64,000 nt of DNA from Clostridiales bacterium. Lineage in GTDB: Bacteria > Bacillota > Clostridia > Lachnospirales > UBA12420. A program made the position numbers and the translations under genes. Below are positions 27,150 through 36,981 of the stretch, piece after piece. A model generated the notes under the pieces. That model was not told the origin of the DNA and ran no database searches. It was given only the letters and a program-made list of their open reading frames with translations. The stretch covers positions 3,508-67,507 of the forward strand of contig DMOI01000040.1 of the NCBI GenBank assembly GCA_003452395.1, read 5' to 3'. Each line of letters begins with the position of its first letter. Position 1 is the stretch's first letter.

Positions 27150-28940
27150 ATGAGTGAAAATATGAAGGGAATGCATCGCACACATAGATGTACAGATGTA
27201 ACAGAAAAATTTATAGATGAAAAGGTAGTAGTAGCAGGTTGGGTTGATGTAAGACGTGATCTTGGAGGACTTATTTTTATAGACCTTAGAGATGTTAGCG
27301 GTAAGGTTCAAGTTGTATTTAATGCAAGTTATATACACAGAGAAGGTTTTGAAAAAGCTGAGAAGTTAAGAAGCGAGTATGTAATTATGGTAGAAGGGAT
27401 TGTTGAAAAAAGAGCAGATGGAACTGTAAATACTAGAATGAAAACAGGTACAGTAGAAATAGTGGCTACTGATTTTAGAATATTATCAGAATCACAAACG
27501 CCTCCATTTCAAATAGAAGAAAATGCTAATGTAAACGAAGAGTTGAGACTGACATATAGATATCTTGATTTGAGACGTCCTGACATACAAAGAAACTTTA
27601 TTTTAAGACACAATGTGTATAAGTCAGTTAGAGAGTATTTTGCAGCTGAGAGATTTTTAGAAATAGAAACTCCTGTACTTACAAAAAGCACTCCAGAAGG
27701 AGCAAGAGATTATCTGGTTCCTAGTAGAGTGCATCCAGGTATGTTTTATGCGTTACCACAATCTCCGCAGTTATTTAAGCAGCTTCTTATGGTGTCTGGA
27801 TTTGATAGATACATGCAAATTACGAAATGTTATAGAGATGAGGATCTTAGAGCTGATAGACAACCAGAATTTACTCAAATAGACACAGAAATGTCATTTG
27901 TTGATGTTGATGATGTTATCCGAATAAATGAAAGAATGCTTAAAAAAGTATTTAAAGATTGCATGAATCTAGATATAGAGCTACCAATTAAGAGAATGAC
28001 TTATGAATATGCAATGAATAAATACGGTAGCGACAAACCAGATTTAAGATATGGACTTTCGATAGTGGATTTATCAGATGTAGTTAAAAACTGTGGATTT
28101 AAAGTGTTTGCTGATGCTATAGCAGATGGCGGTAGCGTAAGAGCTATAAATGTAAAGGGACAAGTGGAAATGCCACGTAGACAGCTTGATAGCTTGACAG
28201 AGTTTGTTAAAATATTTAAAGCAAAGGGTATGGCTTGGATAGGGATTGAAGCTGATGGGACGTACAAATCTGCTATAACAAAATTTTTGACTAATGAAGA
28301 GACTGCAGATATAGTAAAAGCTATGGACGGAAAACCAGGAGATCTTTTATTATTCTGTGCAGATAAAAATAAAGTAGTATTTGATTCACTAGGAGCTTTA
28401 AGACAGGAGCTAGCAAAAAGATTAGGACTTATTAATAAAGATGAATATAATTTCGTATGGATAACAGAATTTCCACTTCTTGAGTATTCAGAAGAGGATA
28501 AGAGATATGTTGCTATCCACCACCCATTTACAGCTCCTATGGACGAAGATATAGAACTACTCGATGAAGATCCAGTAAAAGTTAGATCTAAAGCTTATGA
28601 TATAGTGTTAAATGGATATGAGATAGGTGGAGGAAGCGTAAGAATACATCAACGAGAAATACAAGAAAAAATGTTCAAGCTTCTTGGATTTACTGAGGAA
28701 CAATCATACGAGAGATTCGGATTTTTACTAAATGCATTTAAATATGGAGTGCCACCTCATGCAGGACTTGCATATGGACTTGACCGCCTTGTAATGATTA
28801 TGACAGGATGTGATAATATAAGAGATGTAATAGCATTCCCGAAAACTAAAGATGCTAGTTGTCTAATGACAGAGGCACCAAATGTAGTAGAAAATAAGCA
28901 ACTTAAAGAGTTGTCGATAAAGTTGGATTTAAGTAAATAA
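27150..28940 (+). CDS. aspS: Aspartate--tRNA ligase (bacterial type with GAD insertion domain)
   Basis: 596 aa from ATG 27150, behind an AGGAGGA RBS. Class II motifs FYALPQSPQLFKQ, RCYRDEDLRADRQPEFTQID, GGGSVRIH, GLDRLVM. Confidence 0.95.
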   Translation: MSENMKGMHRTHRCTDVTEKFIDEKVVVAGWVDVRRDLGGLIFIDLRDVSGKVQVVFNASYIHREGFEKAEKLRSEYVIMVEGIVEKRADGTVNTRMKTGTVEIVATDFRILSESQTPPFQIEENANVNEELRLTYRYLDLRRPDIQRNFILRHNVYKSVREYFAAERFLEIETPVLTKSTPEGARDYLVPSRVHPGMFYALPQSPQLFKQLLMVSGFDRYMQITKCYRDEDLRADRQPEFTQIDTEMSFVDVDDVIRINERMLKKVFKDCMNLDIELPIKRMTYEYAMNKYGSDKPDLRYGLSIVDLSDVVKNCGFKVFADAIADGGSVRAINVKGQVEMPRRQLDSLTEFVKIFKAKGMAWIGIEADGTYKSAITKFLTNEETADIVKAMDGKPGDLLLFCADKNKVVFDSLGALRQELAKRLGLINKDEYNFVWITEFPLLEYSEEDKRYVAIHHPFTAPMDEDIELLDEDPVKVRSKAYDIVLNGYEIGGGSVRIHQREIQEKMFKLLGFTEEQSYERFGFLLNAFKYGVPPHAGLAYGLDRLVMIMTGCDNIRDVIAFPKTKDASCLMTEAPNVVENKQLKELSIKLDLSK

Positions 28941-28982
28941 TCATAATTTGAATAAATTTGAAACGTGTGCTTATCAAAGACA

Positions 28983-29013
28983 AAAAATTACAATTATGTA
29001 TTGTAATTTTTTT
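28983..29013 (+). terminator. Rho-independent terminator after aspS
   Basis: 12-bp perfect stem aaaaattacaat/attgtaattttt plus a T run. Confidence 0.75.
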
Positions 29014-29084
29014 GACTTTGTGCTAATATATATGAACAATTGCTATATTAAGATTGTTAAATTTTATATAAGGGAGAAGTTTTT

Positions 29085-29315
29085 ATGAGTGAAGCAATAA
29101 ATATTGAAAAAGAACAGTTAATTGTTGGAAATAATGTACTAGATAACGAATATAAAGAAGAACCAAAGAAGGAAGAGCTAAAGACGGATAAAATCATTAG
29201 AACCCCAGGTAGAATAAATTTTTGTGGTGCAATTTATGAAATCGATGAAGATTGTTTCCTTAAAAAGGTAGGTCAACCTGATGAAGATCCAAATATAGAA
29301 ATAATTAAAAAATAA
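29085..29315 (+). CDS. Hypothetical 76-aa acidic protein
   Basis: ORF with AGGGAGAAG RBS. No family recognised. Confidence 0.45.
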   Translation: MSEAINIEKEQLIVGNNVLDNEYKEEPKKEELKTDKIIRTPGRINFCGAIYEIDEDCFLKKVGQPDEDPNIEIIKK

Positions 29316-29331
29316 AAAGGTGTGATGATCT

Positions 29332-30261
29332 ATGTGCAAAAGAGATTTGATTGTAATTGGTGGACCCACTGCAAGTGGGAAGACTGACGTGTCAGTAGAG
29401 CTTGCTAAACGAATAAGTGGTGAAATAATATCAGCTGATAGTATTCAAGTCTATATGCACATGAATATAGGTAGTGCAAAGGTATCAAATAAAGAAATGA
29501 AGGGAGTTTTTCATTATTTAATAGATGAGATAGCACCCGATGAAGAATTTAATATAGCAATTTTTAAACAAAAAGCTGAACATTATATTGAAAAAATTTA
29601 TACAAAAGATAAAATACCCATAATAGTTGGTGGCACCGGCTTTTATGTACAAAGCGTATTAAAGGATGTTGAATTTGCAGAAATGGAATCAGATTACGAG
29701 CTTCGTAGAAAATTAGAAAATGAAGCGAAGACGCAGGGGAATGAATACGTGCATGATATGCTTAAACAAATAGATGAAGTTTCTGCAAGAAATATTCACC
29801 CAAATAATTTGAAAAGAGTTATAAGAGCTATAGAGTATTATAAAATAACCGGACAACCTATATCAATTCACAATGAAAAAGAGAAAACAAAAGTAGATAT
29901 ATATAATACTAAATATTTTGTTTTAAATATGGATAGAGAAACACTCTATGATAGAATAAATAGAAGAGTTGACATAATGATGAGTAATGGTCTTATTGAT
30001 GAAGTTAAAATGCTTCTAAATATGGGATATCATGAGAATTTAACATCAATGCAAGGAATAGGTTATAAAGAGGTTGTAGATTATATAAAAGGAAATATAT
30101 CTTTTGAGATAATGGTGAGTACTATAAAACAAAACACTAGAAATTTTGCTAAAAGGCAACTTACTTGGTATAAGAATCAAACAAATGCTATTTGGATAGA
30201 TGTGGATAAGCTAGGGTTTGACACAGAAAAGATAATGAATGAGATGTTAAAGAGGATGTGA
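29332..30261 (+). CDS. miaA: tRNA dimethylallyltransferase
   Basis: 309 aa. IGGPTASGKT P-loop, SADSIQVY, GGTGFY. Confidence 0.93.
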   Translation: MCKRDLIVIGGPTASGKTDVSVELAKRISGEIISADSIQVYMHMNIGSAKVSNKEMKGVFHYLIDEIAPDEEFNIAIFKQKAEHYIEKIYTKDKIPIIVGGTGFYVQSVLKDVEFAEMESDYELRRKLENEAKTQGNEYVHDMLKQIDEVSARNIHPNNLKRVIRAIEYYKITGQPISIHNEKEKTKVDIYNTKYFVLNMDRETLYDRINRRVDIMMSNGLIDEVKMLLNMGYHENLTSMQGIGYKEVVDYIKGNISFEIMVSTIKQNTRNFAKRQLTWYKNQTNAIWIDVDKLGFDTEKIMNEMLKRM

Positions 30262-30268
30262 CGTATGT

Positions 30269-31543
30269 ATGAATGAACTACTTAATGAAATGCTGCTAAA
30301 AGAATTTAGTATTAGTCATAAATTAATAGATTTAGTTTGTGAAACAGAAAAACAGTTACATAATAAATTTATGGAAGTTGATAAGGTTGCTGAATATAAT
30401 CAATATAAAGTACTTAAAGCATTTGGGGAAAATAAAGTAAGCGAAATACATTTTGCAAGTACTACGGGATATGGCTATAATGATGCAGGGCGTGACATCA
30501 TTGAAAGTATATATGCAGATGTATTTAAGACGGAATCGGCGTTAGTGCGTTCACAAATGGTTTGCGGTACCCATGCATTGTCAGTTGCTTTATCTGCTAA
30601 TCTAAAACCAGGTGACGAAATGTTATGTCCTGTGGGAAAGCCTTATGATACTCTGGCTTCTGTTATAGGTACTAATGGTGCAAGAGGATCTCTTATAGAA
30701 TATGGTGTAACTTATAGGCAAGTAGATTTGTTACCTGACTACAGTTTTGATTATGAAAATATAAAAAAAGCAATAAACTCTAAAACAAAACTTGTAGAAA
30801 TCCAACGTTCTAGGGGATATAGCACTCGACCGTCATTTAGCATAAAAGAAATAAAAGATTTAATAAAATATATACGAGGGATAAAAGAAGATGTGATAAT
30901 TTTAGTAGATAATTGTTATGGTGAATTTGTTGACTACACTGAGCCATCAGAAGTTGGGGCAGATATGGTTGTGGGTTCTCTTATAAAAAATCCAGGTGGG
31001 GGTATAACACCCATAGGCGGATACATAGTGGGAAAAAATGAATTTATAGAGAATGCTGCATATAGGCTTACCTGTCCAGGACTCGGCAAAGAAGTAGGCG
31101 CGAGCTTAGGTCTTAATCAAAAATTTCTTCAAGGCCTGTTTATGGCACCGCAAACGGTTTCAGCAAGCCTAAAAGGAGCCATATTTACAGCAGCTATAAT
31201 GGATAAACTAGGATTTGAAGTTAGTCCAAAAGCAGAAGAAAGCAGAACTGATATAGTTCAACAAATAAATATGAGAACCCCTGAAAATGTTATAAAATTT
31301 TGTCAAGGTATACAAAAAGCTTCACCGATTGATAGTCACGCAATGCCACAGCCGTGGGATATGCCGGGCTATGATAATCAAGTTATAATGGCTGCAGGTA
31401 CGTTTGTACAAGGTTCATCAATAGAGCTTAGTGCAGATGCACCGATAAGACCTCCGTACACAGTTTATATGCAAGGCGGATTAACGTATTGGCATGCAAA
31501 GATAGGAACGATGGTTGCGATTGAAAATATGAATATTATATAG
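30269..31543 (+). CDS. Methionine gamma-lyase-family PLP protein (YnbB / 'aluminium resistance protein' family)
   Basis: 424 aa. Overall pattern ...TGYGYND.GRD..E..YA..F..E.ALVR.Q...GTHA... and SLIKNPGGG (PLP-Lys region) are typical of PF06838-type proteins. Confidence 0.8.
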   Translation: MNELLNEMLLKEFSISHKLIDLVCETEKQLHNKFMEVDKVAEYNQYKVLKAFGENKVSEIHFASTTGYGYNDAGRDIIESIYADVFKTESALVRSQMVCGTHALSVALSANLKPGDEMLCPVGKPYDTLASVIGTNGARGSLIEYGVTYRQVDLLPDYSFDYENIKKAINSKTKLVEIQRSRGYSTRPSFSIKEIKDLIKYIRGIKEDVIILVDNCYGEFVDYTEPSEVGADMVVGSLIKNPGGGITPIGGYIVGKNEFIENAAYRLTCPGLGKEVGASLGLNQKFLQGLFMAPQTVSASLKGAIFTAAIMDKLGFEVSPKAEESRTDIVQQINMRTPENVIKFCQGIQKASPIDSHAMPQPWDMPGYDNQVIMAAGTFVQGSSIELSADAPIRPPYTVYMQGGLTYWHAKIGTMVAIENMNII

Positions 31544-31556
31544 GGAGAGAAGATAT

Positions 31557-31730
31557 ATGGAGGAATTAAATGGAGATTTAGAGATTCAAAAATATATATT
31601 AGAATTGTTAAATAAGAATTCAGATGTAAAACCAAATAAATCATTAGATGAAATACTAGAAGAAATAGATAAAAACGATTTGCAATACGAAAAATTAAAA
31701 ACAGGTAAAGAGAGTCAGATATCACTATAA
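31557..31730 (+). CDS. Hypothetical 57-aa acidic protein
   Basis: Not in the track. GGGAGAGAAG RBS upstream. MEELNGDLEIQKYILELLNKNSDVKPNKSLDEILEEIDKNDLQYEKLKTGKESQISL*, followed by a hairpin. Confidence 0.4.
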   Translation: MEELNGDLEIQKYILELLNKNSDVKPNKSLDEILEEIDKNDLQYEKLKTGKESQISL

Positions 31731-31774
31731 AATAGTAAAGCTTCGGGAGTTATATCTCTCGAAGCTTTACTATT
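31731..31774. terminator. Bidirectional hairpin terminator shared by convergent genes
   Basis: 15-bp arms aatagtaaagcttcg/cgaagctttactatt. Overlaps the 3' end of the minus-strand recombinase gene. Confidence 0.65.
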
Positions 31775-32811
31775 TTAGCAGCTTTTCTTCTTCGTTCATC
31801 ATCTATTTGGGCATAATGTTTTTTGGTAGTATTAACATCTTTATGGCCAAGCACATCAGCTACAAGGTAGATATCCCCTGTTTCTCTATAGAGATTGGTT
31901 CCATAAGTGCTACGTAATTTATGGGGAGATATCTTTTTTAGATTAGTAACAAGTGCGGAATATTTTTTAACTATATTTTGAACTGAGCGAACATTCAAAC
32001 GTTTATTTTGTAGTGACAATAAAAATGCTTTTTCATGACCTGATTCGGGTACCATGGAATTTCTTTCCTGTAAATAGTCAATTAAAGCTCTTTTAACCTC
32101 ATCGCTAAAGTAAACTATTACTTCATTTCCACCTTTGCGAGTTATTTTAATGCCATTTGTATTCATATCTATATCGTTTATATCAAGTCCTACACATTCG
32201 GAAACACGAATCCCAGTGCCAAGTAAAAGTGAAATGAGGGCAAGATCACGTATTTTAGTTTTGGAATGATATTTTTGTTGAAATTTTGTCAAATCGTTTC
32301 CTGACTCCACTTCATCGAGTAGTTTAACCATTTCATCTACTTCAAGTCTGATTATATTTTTTTGATGAATTTTAGGTAAATCAACGAGTAAGGAAGGATT
32401 ATTTTTAATTTTTCTTTTTTTGTAGAAATATTTATAAAATGTTCTAAGGCTAGCAAGCTTGCGAGCCTTAGCTTTTTCGTCATTGGCATGTTCAATAACT
32501 TTCTCTGTTCTTTCATCCTTCTTTGTAAAATATGATAAGTACTCCAAATATCTCTCTATATCCTCTGGGGTTATTTTATCAAGAAAATCAACAGTAATTT
32601 TAGTTTTATCTTCATTTATATAAAGTTCTTTAAATAAAAAATCAAAGAAAACAATTAAATCATAAGCATATGCAATACGAGTTTTAACTCCCGTTGTCTG
32701 TTCTATACCACGAAAAAAGTCAAAACAAAAAGATGGGAGTATATTTGTAAGCTCCCTAAGTTTGGCAGTGAATTTTAATTTTTGTTGAATCTGATATGAA
32801 TTCTTGTCCAT
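31750..32811 (-). CDS. Tyrosine site-specific recombinase, XerC/XerD family
   Basis: 353 aa from ATG 32811, behind a GGAGG RBS. N-terminal SAM-like core-binding domain. Catalytic region ...LLLGTGIRVSE..., HKLRSTYGT, GHKDVNTTKKHY (R..HxxR..Y pattern). Confidence 0.88.
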   Translation of the reverse strand: MDKNSYQIQQKLKFTAKLRELTNILPSFCFDFFRGIEQTTGVKTRIAYAYDLIVFFDFLFKELYINEDKTKITVDFLDKITPEDIERYLEYLSYFTKKDERTEKVIEHANDEKAKARKLASLRTFYKYFYKKRKIKNNPSLLVDLPKIHQKNIIRLEVDEMVKLLDEVESGNDLTKFQQKYHSKTKIRDLALISLLLGTGIRVSECVGLDINDIDMNTNGIKITRKGGNEVIVYFSDEVKRALIDYLQERNSMVPESGHEKAFLLSLQNKRLNVRSVQNIVKKYSALVTNLKKISPHKLRSTYGTNLYRETGDIYLVADVLGHKDVNTTKKHYAQIDDERRRKAAKIVKLREI

Positions 32812-33118
32812 AAGAAACCTCCAGTGTAATGATATTAGCAAAAACAAAATACAAGTTGTATACTAGTCACTTTTTAATTCATTCTACCACATTTTATTAA
32901 TAATTAAAAGTGAATTTCAATAATAGGAAAAATGTCTTACAAAAACAGGACTTTTTTCCTATAGTATTATGATAAAGATAGTGATATAATAAGGAGTATC
33001 ATCAATATTACAAATTTTTCTTTATTAAAATTTCGTTACAAACATTGAAAAATTGATAAGTTGTGATAAAATTAATTTGTAATATTGATGAAATACAAAA
33101 ATAAAAAGGGGGATGTTT

Positions 33119-34282
33119 ATGAACAAAAAATTAATTACCGGGATTATATCATTAGCAATGTGTCTTAATATCGGTGTAGTAACAATGGTATTTGCAGAGG
33201 AAACAGCTACAACAAGTAATATTACTGCTATTTCTACTGAGGCTACAAAAATTAGTATTGATAACAAAGGAAATAAAGTATTATTAAACGAGAAATTAAA
33301 AGAGGCAAAGGAAGTAAAAGAAAATGTAAAAGAAAAATTAATAGAAAAAGTTGAAAAGGTTAAAGAACTAAAAGAAAAAATTGAAATAAGAAAGGAAAAC
33401 TATAAAAAACTTCATAGCTTACTTGAAAAGAAAATTAAATTAATTAATGCAAGATTAGAACTTTTAGCATCCGATACATCAGTAGATGCGATAGCTAAAG
33501 TTGAAGCATTAAAAGCACAATTAGCTAAGACAGAATTACAAATAACACGACTTGATAAAAGTATAGTAACTGAGAAAAATTTATTAAAAGAAAAGGTAAA
33601 AGAGGAATATACAACAGAAGAATTAGCTAAAATACAAGAAGTTGCACAAATATTAAAAGAACACAAAGATTTAAAACTATTACCTGTTCAAAATGTTTTT
33701 GCAAAAGGTAAAAATTTAAAATTTGATTTACCACCAGTTATAAAGGAAGGTAGAACGCTTATACCTATTAGAGCATTATCAGAGGCTTATGGATTTGATG
33801 TGAAATGGGATGCAGAAACTAAAAAGATAACAATAACAAAAGGTGATAAGGTAATTGAATTATTTGTAGATAGTAAAGAAGCATTTGTAAATGGAGAAAA
33901 AGTAGAGCTTGATGTGCCAGCAAAATTGTATAAAGTGAATAAAGAAGGTTCAAGAACAGTAGTTCCTTTAAGATTTATAATCGAACAAATGGGTTTAAAT
34001 GTTAAGTGGGATCAGGAAACAGAAACAATAGATATTGATGATGAAAAAGAAGTAGAAGTTAAAGACGAAGATATAATAGAACAAGATGCTACTAAATTAG
34101 ATGAAGAACTAAATAAAATAGAAAATGAAGTTGATGGAACAATTGCTACGGATGAAACAACTACAAATGTATTAGAGGGTGAGATTACAGAAGAAGCTGC
34201 AACAACAGAGGAAACCACAACAACAGAAGCAGCAACGACAACAGAAGAAACTAGTGCAGATAAAGATGTAATTGTAGAATAA
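33119..34282 (+). CDS. Secreted coiled-coil protein with copper-amine-oxidase N-terminal-like (stalk) domain
   Basis: Signal peptide, long K/E-rich coiled coil, then PPVIKEGRTLIPIRALSEAYGFDVKWDAETKKITI...SRTVVPLRFIIEQMGLNVKWDQETETIDI (Cu_amine_oxidN1 pattern). Acidic T/E-rich tail. Confidence 0.75.
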   Translation: MNKKLITGIISLAMCLNIGVVTMVFAEETATTSNITAISTEATKISIDNKGNKVLLNEKLKEAKEVKENVKEKLIEKVEKVKELKEKIEIRKENYKKLHSLLEKKIKLINARLELLASDTSVDAIAKVEALKAQLAKTELQITRLDKSIVTEKNLLKEKVKEEYTTEELAKIQEVAQILKEHKDLKLLPVQNVFAKGKNLKFDLPPVIKEGRTLIPIRALSEAYGFDVKWDAETKKITITKGDKVIELFVDSKEAFVNGEKVELDVPAKLYKVNKEGSRTVVPLRFIIEQMGLNVKWDQETETIDIDDEKEVEVKDEDIIEQDATKLDEELNKIENEVDGTIATDETTTNVLEGEITEEAATTEETTTTEAATTTEETSADKDVIVE

Positions 34283-34402
34283 TACATATAACTAAAAACT
34301 AAATATTGTACAAACTAAAAAACTTCAGTCATATGCTGGAGTTTTTTTAATATAATAAATAAGAAATTGATATTTTAATATTTACAAATTGGATGTGATA
34401 AT

Positions 34403-35329
34403 ATGAAAAAAATTATTTTATTTATTATCTTTTTTCATATCATATTGTTAGTATTTACAGTAAAAACAAATTATATGCCTATACAATATGATGAAAATAA
34501 TAACAGTACAATTATTAACTATAAAGATATTAATAAAAATGAAACTCAAAAACTAGATTTAGAAGATTATGTTTTAGGTGTTGTTGCTGCCGAGATGCCA
34601 GCAAGTTTTGAAATCGAAGCGCTAAAAGCACAGACATTAGCAGCGCGTACTTATTCATTAAAAAACAAAGCTTTTATAACAAATGATATAAATTGTGATC
34701 AAGCTTTTGCATCAAAGGAGGAACTGAAAAAAAGGTGGGGTAAAAACTTTGAAAAAAATTATAATAAAATAAAGTTAGCTATTTCAGAAACTAAAGGGGA
34801 AATAGTAGTTTTTAATGGCGAACTTATAGATGCTGTATATCATTCTACAAGTGCTGGAGAAACGCAAAATGCAGAAGATGTATGGAAGTATAGCCACCCA
34901 TATTTAATAAGTGTTATGAGCACGTTAGATTCAAAAGCTCCATCATATAATGCAGAAGTTAGAGTCTCTGAAAAAAAGTTACTAGAGATATTTAGAAATA
35001 ATTTAGGTATAAAAGAAAAAAAGGTAAATTTAAAGGTAAAAGAACGATATGAAACAGGATATGTAAAAACCATATTAATAAATAAAACAGAAGTAAAAGG
35101 TACAGAACTTAGAAAACTCTTAAATTTAAGATCGAATAATTTTGATATAGAAAAAAAAGGTTCAGAATATATATTTAAAACAAAAGGTTATGGTCATGGT
35201 GTTGGAATGAGCCAATATGGAGCTAACTTTCTAGCAAAAGAAGGAATGAAGTATGATGAAATAATCAAACATTATTATACAGGTGTGGAGATAAGACAAA
35301 TAGGACAGATGACAGAGTATAGAAAATAG
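34403..35329 (+). CDS. spoIID: Stage II sporulation protein D (lytic transglycosylase SpoIID)
   Basis: 308 aa. LKAQTLAARTY, VYHSTSAGETQNAEDVW, GHGVGMSQYGAN. Confidence 0.9.
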   Translation: MKKIILFIIFFHIILLVFTVKTNYMPIQYDENNNSTIINYKDINKNETQKLDLEDYVLGVVAAEMPASFEIEALKAQTLAARTYSLKNKAFITNDINCDQAFASKEELKKRWGKNFEKNYNKIKLAISETKGEIVVFNGELIDAVYHSTSAGETQNAEDVWKYSHPYLISVMSTLDSKAPSYNAEVRVSEKKLLEIFRNNLGIKEKKVNLKVKERYETGYVKTILINKTEVKGTELRKLLNLRSNNFDIEKKGSEYIFKTKGYGHGVGMSQYGANFLAKEGMKYDEIIKHYYTGVEIRQIGQMTEYRK

Positions 35330-35350
35330 ATTACAAAAATAATATATCAC

Positions 35351-35382
35351 ACAAAAATATTCTTATATAAGAATATTTTTGT
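35351..35382 (+). terminator. Rho-independent terminator after spoIID
   Basis: 15-bp arms acaaaaatattctta/taagaatatttttgt. Confidence 0.7.
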
Positions 35383-35418
35383 AAGTCCTCGTCAATAATA
35401 TTGATGGAGGTGTTGTGT

Positions 35419-36060
35419 ATGAAAAAGAACTTTTATGTAGCTCTTATGGCTTGTTTTGTTGTAGTAATAATTGCTTCAATATTAATTGTTGATAACAGTT
35501 TGGATGTTTCAAATCAAGCAAAGACTCAAAAAGGGTATGTTGATCTAGATAAGGAGTTTGTTGATAAAAATTTTGAATCAATTCAAGCTTCAACAGGACA
35601 AGATAAGAACATAGAAATGGCAGAGGCAGAAAAAGTAGAGGAAGCAGAAGTAAGTAAAAAAATCGAAGTGAAACAAGAATTTATATGGCCTATAAAGGGC
35701 GAAATAGAAACAAATTACAGCCCGAATAAGGTAGTGTATGATAAGTTTTTAGATCAATATACTGGAGAAGAAGAAGTTAGCATAACAGCTAATAAAGATG
35801 ATGATGTGGTAGCGGCAGAAGAAGGAACAATATTAAAAATATTTGATGGTGTGGTAGGTAAAACGATAGAAATAGAACACGAAAATGGTTATGTTACTAC
35901 ATACAGTAATGTATGTGACTTAAAAGTAGAAGAGGATGAATTTGTTGAAAAGAACGAAGCACTAGGTAAAGTTAACCAGTTAGATGGACAGTACAATTTT
36001 GTAAAGTTTGGTGTTAAGAAAGATGGAAAATATATAGACCCCAAAAAGGTTGTAAATTAA
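35419..36060 (+). CDS. Membrane-anchored degenerate LytM/M23-domain protein (SpoIIQ-like)
   Basis: 213 aa from ATG 35419 (GGAGG RBS). One N-terminal TM. C-terminal WPIKGEI...VVAAEEGTILKI...IEIEHENGYVTTYSNV...ALGKV resembles M23, but the HxxxD and HxH metal ligands are replaced. Adjacent to spoIID. Confidence 0.6.
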   Translation: MKKNFYVALMACFVVVIIASILIVDNSLDVSNQAKTQKGYVDLDKEFVDKNFESIQASTGQDKNIEMAEAEKVEEAEVSKKIEVKQEFIWPIKGEIETNYSPNKVVYDKFLDQYTGEEEVSITANKDDDVVAAEEGTILKIFDGVVGKTIEIEHENGYVTTYSNVCDLKVEEDEFVEKNEALGKVNQLDGQYNFVKFGVKKDGKYIDPKKVVN

Positions 36061-36086
36061 TAAAATGGTAAACAAATATAAAATAT

Positions 36087-36120
36087 GAAAAAAATTCAAG
36101 CAAGTGCTTGAATTTTTTTC
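36087..36120 (+). terminator. Rho-independent terminator
   Basis: gaaaaaaattcaagca/tgcttgaatttttttc hairpin. Confidence 0.7.
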
Positions 36121-36159
36121 ATATTCTGATAGAATAGATCGAGAGGGGTGATTAAATAT

Positions 36160-36981
36160 ATGGTTGATATAAAATATTTAGAGTCACAGGCAAATGAAAT
36201 ACGTAAATGGGCACTTAAAGAAGTGTATACTGCAAATTCTGGACATATAGGAGGAGCATTATCTATAGCAGATATAGTGTCTGTACTTTATTTTAATGAA
36301 ATGAATGTAGAACCTAAAAATCCTACATGGATTGAAAGAGATAGATTTGTACTTTCTAAGGGGCATACGTGTGCTGCACTTTATGCGGTGCTTGCTATGA
36401 AAGGGTATTTTGATACTGATGAGTTATACAAATTTAGGAATATAAATTCATTTTTAGAAGGGCATCCTGCACTTGGTAAAGTTCCTGGTATAGATATGTC
36501 AACAGGTTCACTAGGACAAGGATTATCTGTTGCAAATGGTATGGCACTAGCAGCTAAAATCGATAATAAAGACTATCGTGTATATGTAATAATGGGCGAT
36601 GGAGAAATGGGCGAGGGACAAATATGGGAAGCAGCAATGACATCTGCGCACTATAAGCTAGATAATATTTGTGCATTTCTTGATGATAATGGACTTCAGA
36701 TTGATGGTAAAACAAGTGATGTAAAAAATGTAGAGCCGTTGGATAAAAAGTTTGAGGCATTTGGATGGAATGTTATAAAAATAGATGGACACAGCATAGA
36801 ACAGATAGTAAATGCACTTAGTGAAGCAAAAAAAATTAAAGAAAAACCTACCCTTGTTTTAGCAAAAACACTGAAGGGTAAAGGTGTGTCATTTATGGAA
36901 AATCAAGCCGGATGGCACGGAAAAGCACCAAATGATGAAGAATATGAAAAGGCGTTGATTGAGTTAGGGGGGATTAAATAA
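36160..36981 (+). CDS. Transketolase, N-terminal (TPP-binding) subunit
   Basis: 273 aa. SGHIGGALS, RDRFVLSKGH, GSLGQGLS, GDGEMGEGQIWEA. Confidence 0.92.
   Translation: MVDIKYLESQANEIRKWALKEVYTANSGHIGGALSIADIVSVLYFNEMNVEPKNPTWIERDRFVLSKGHTCAALYAVLAMKGYFDTDELYKFRNINSFLEGHPALGKVPGIDMSTGSLGQGLSVANGMALAAKIDNKDYRVYVIMGDGEMGEGQIWEAAMTSAHYKLDNICAFLDDNGLQIDGKTSDVKNVEPLDKKFEAFGWNVIKIDGHSIEQIVNALSEAKKIKEKPTLVLAKTLKGKGVSFMENQAGWHGKAPNDEEYEKALIELGGIK

Noticed and set aside
29332-31730. Absence of hfq after miaA as a notable gene loss
   Set aside because: miaA-hfq adjacency is common but not universal, and hfq may lie elsewhere. The 57-aa ORF at 31557-31730 has no Sm-like motifs. This cannot be evaluated from one window.
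31750-32811. Tyrosine recombinase as a marker of an integrated mobile element
   Set aside because: I saw no flanking direct repeats, tRNA target, phage or conjugation genes, or compositional shift. The neighbours are housekeeping or sporulation genes. It is more likely a chromosomal Xer-type recombinase.
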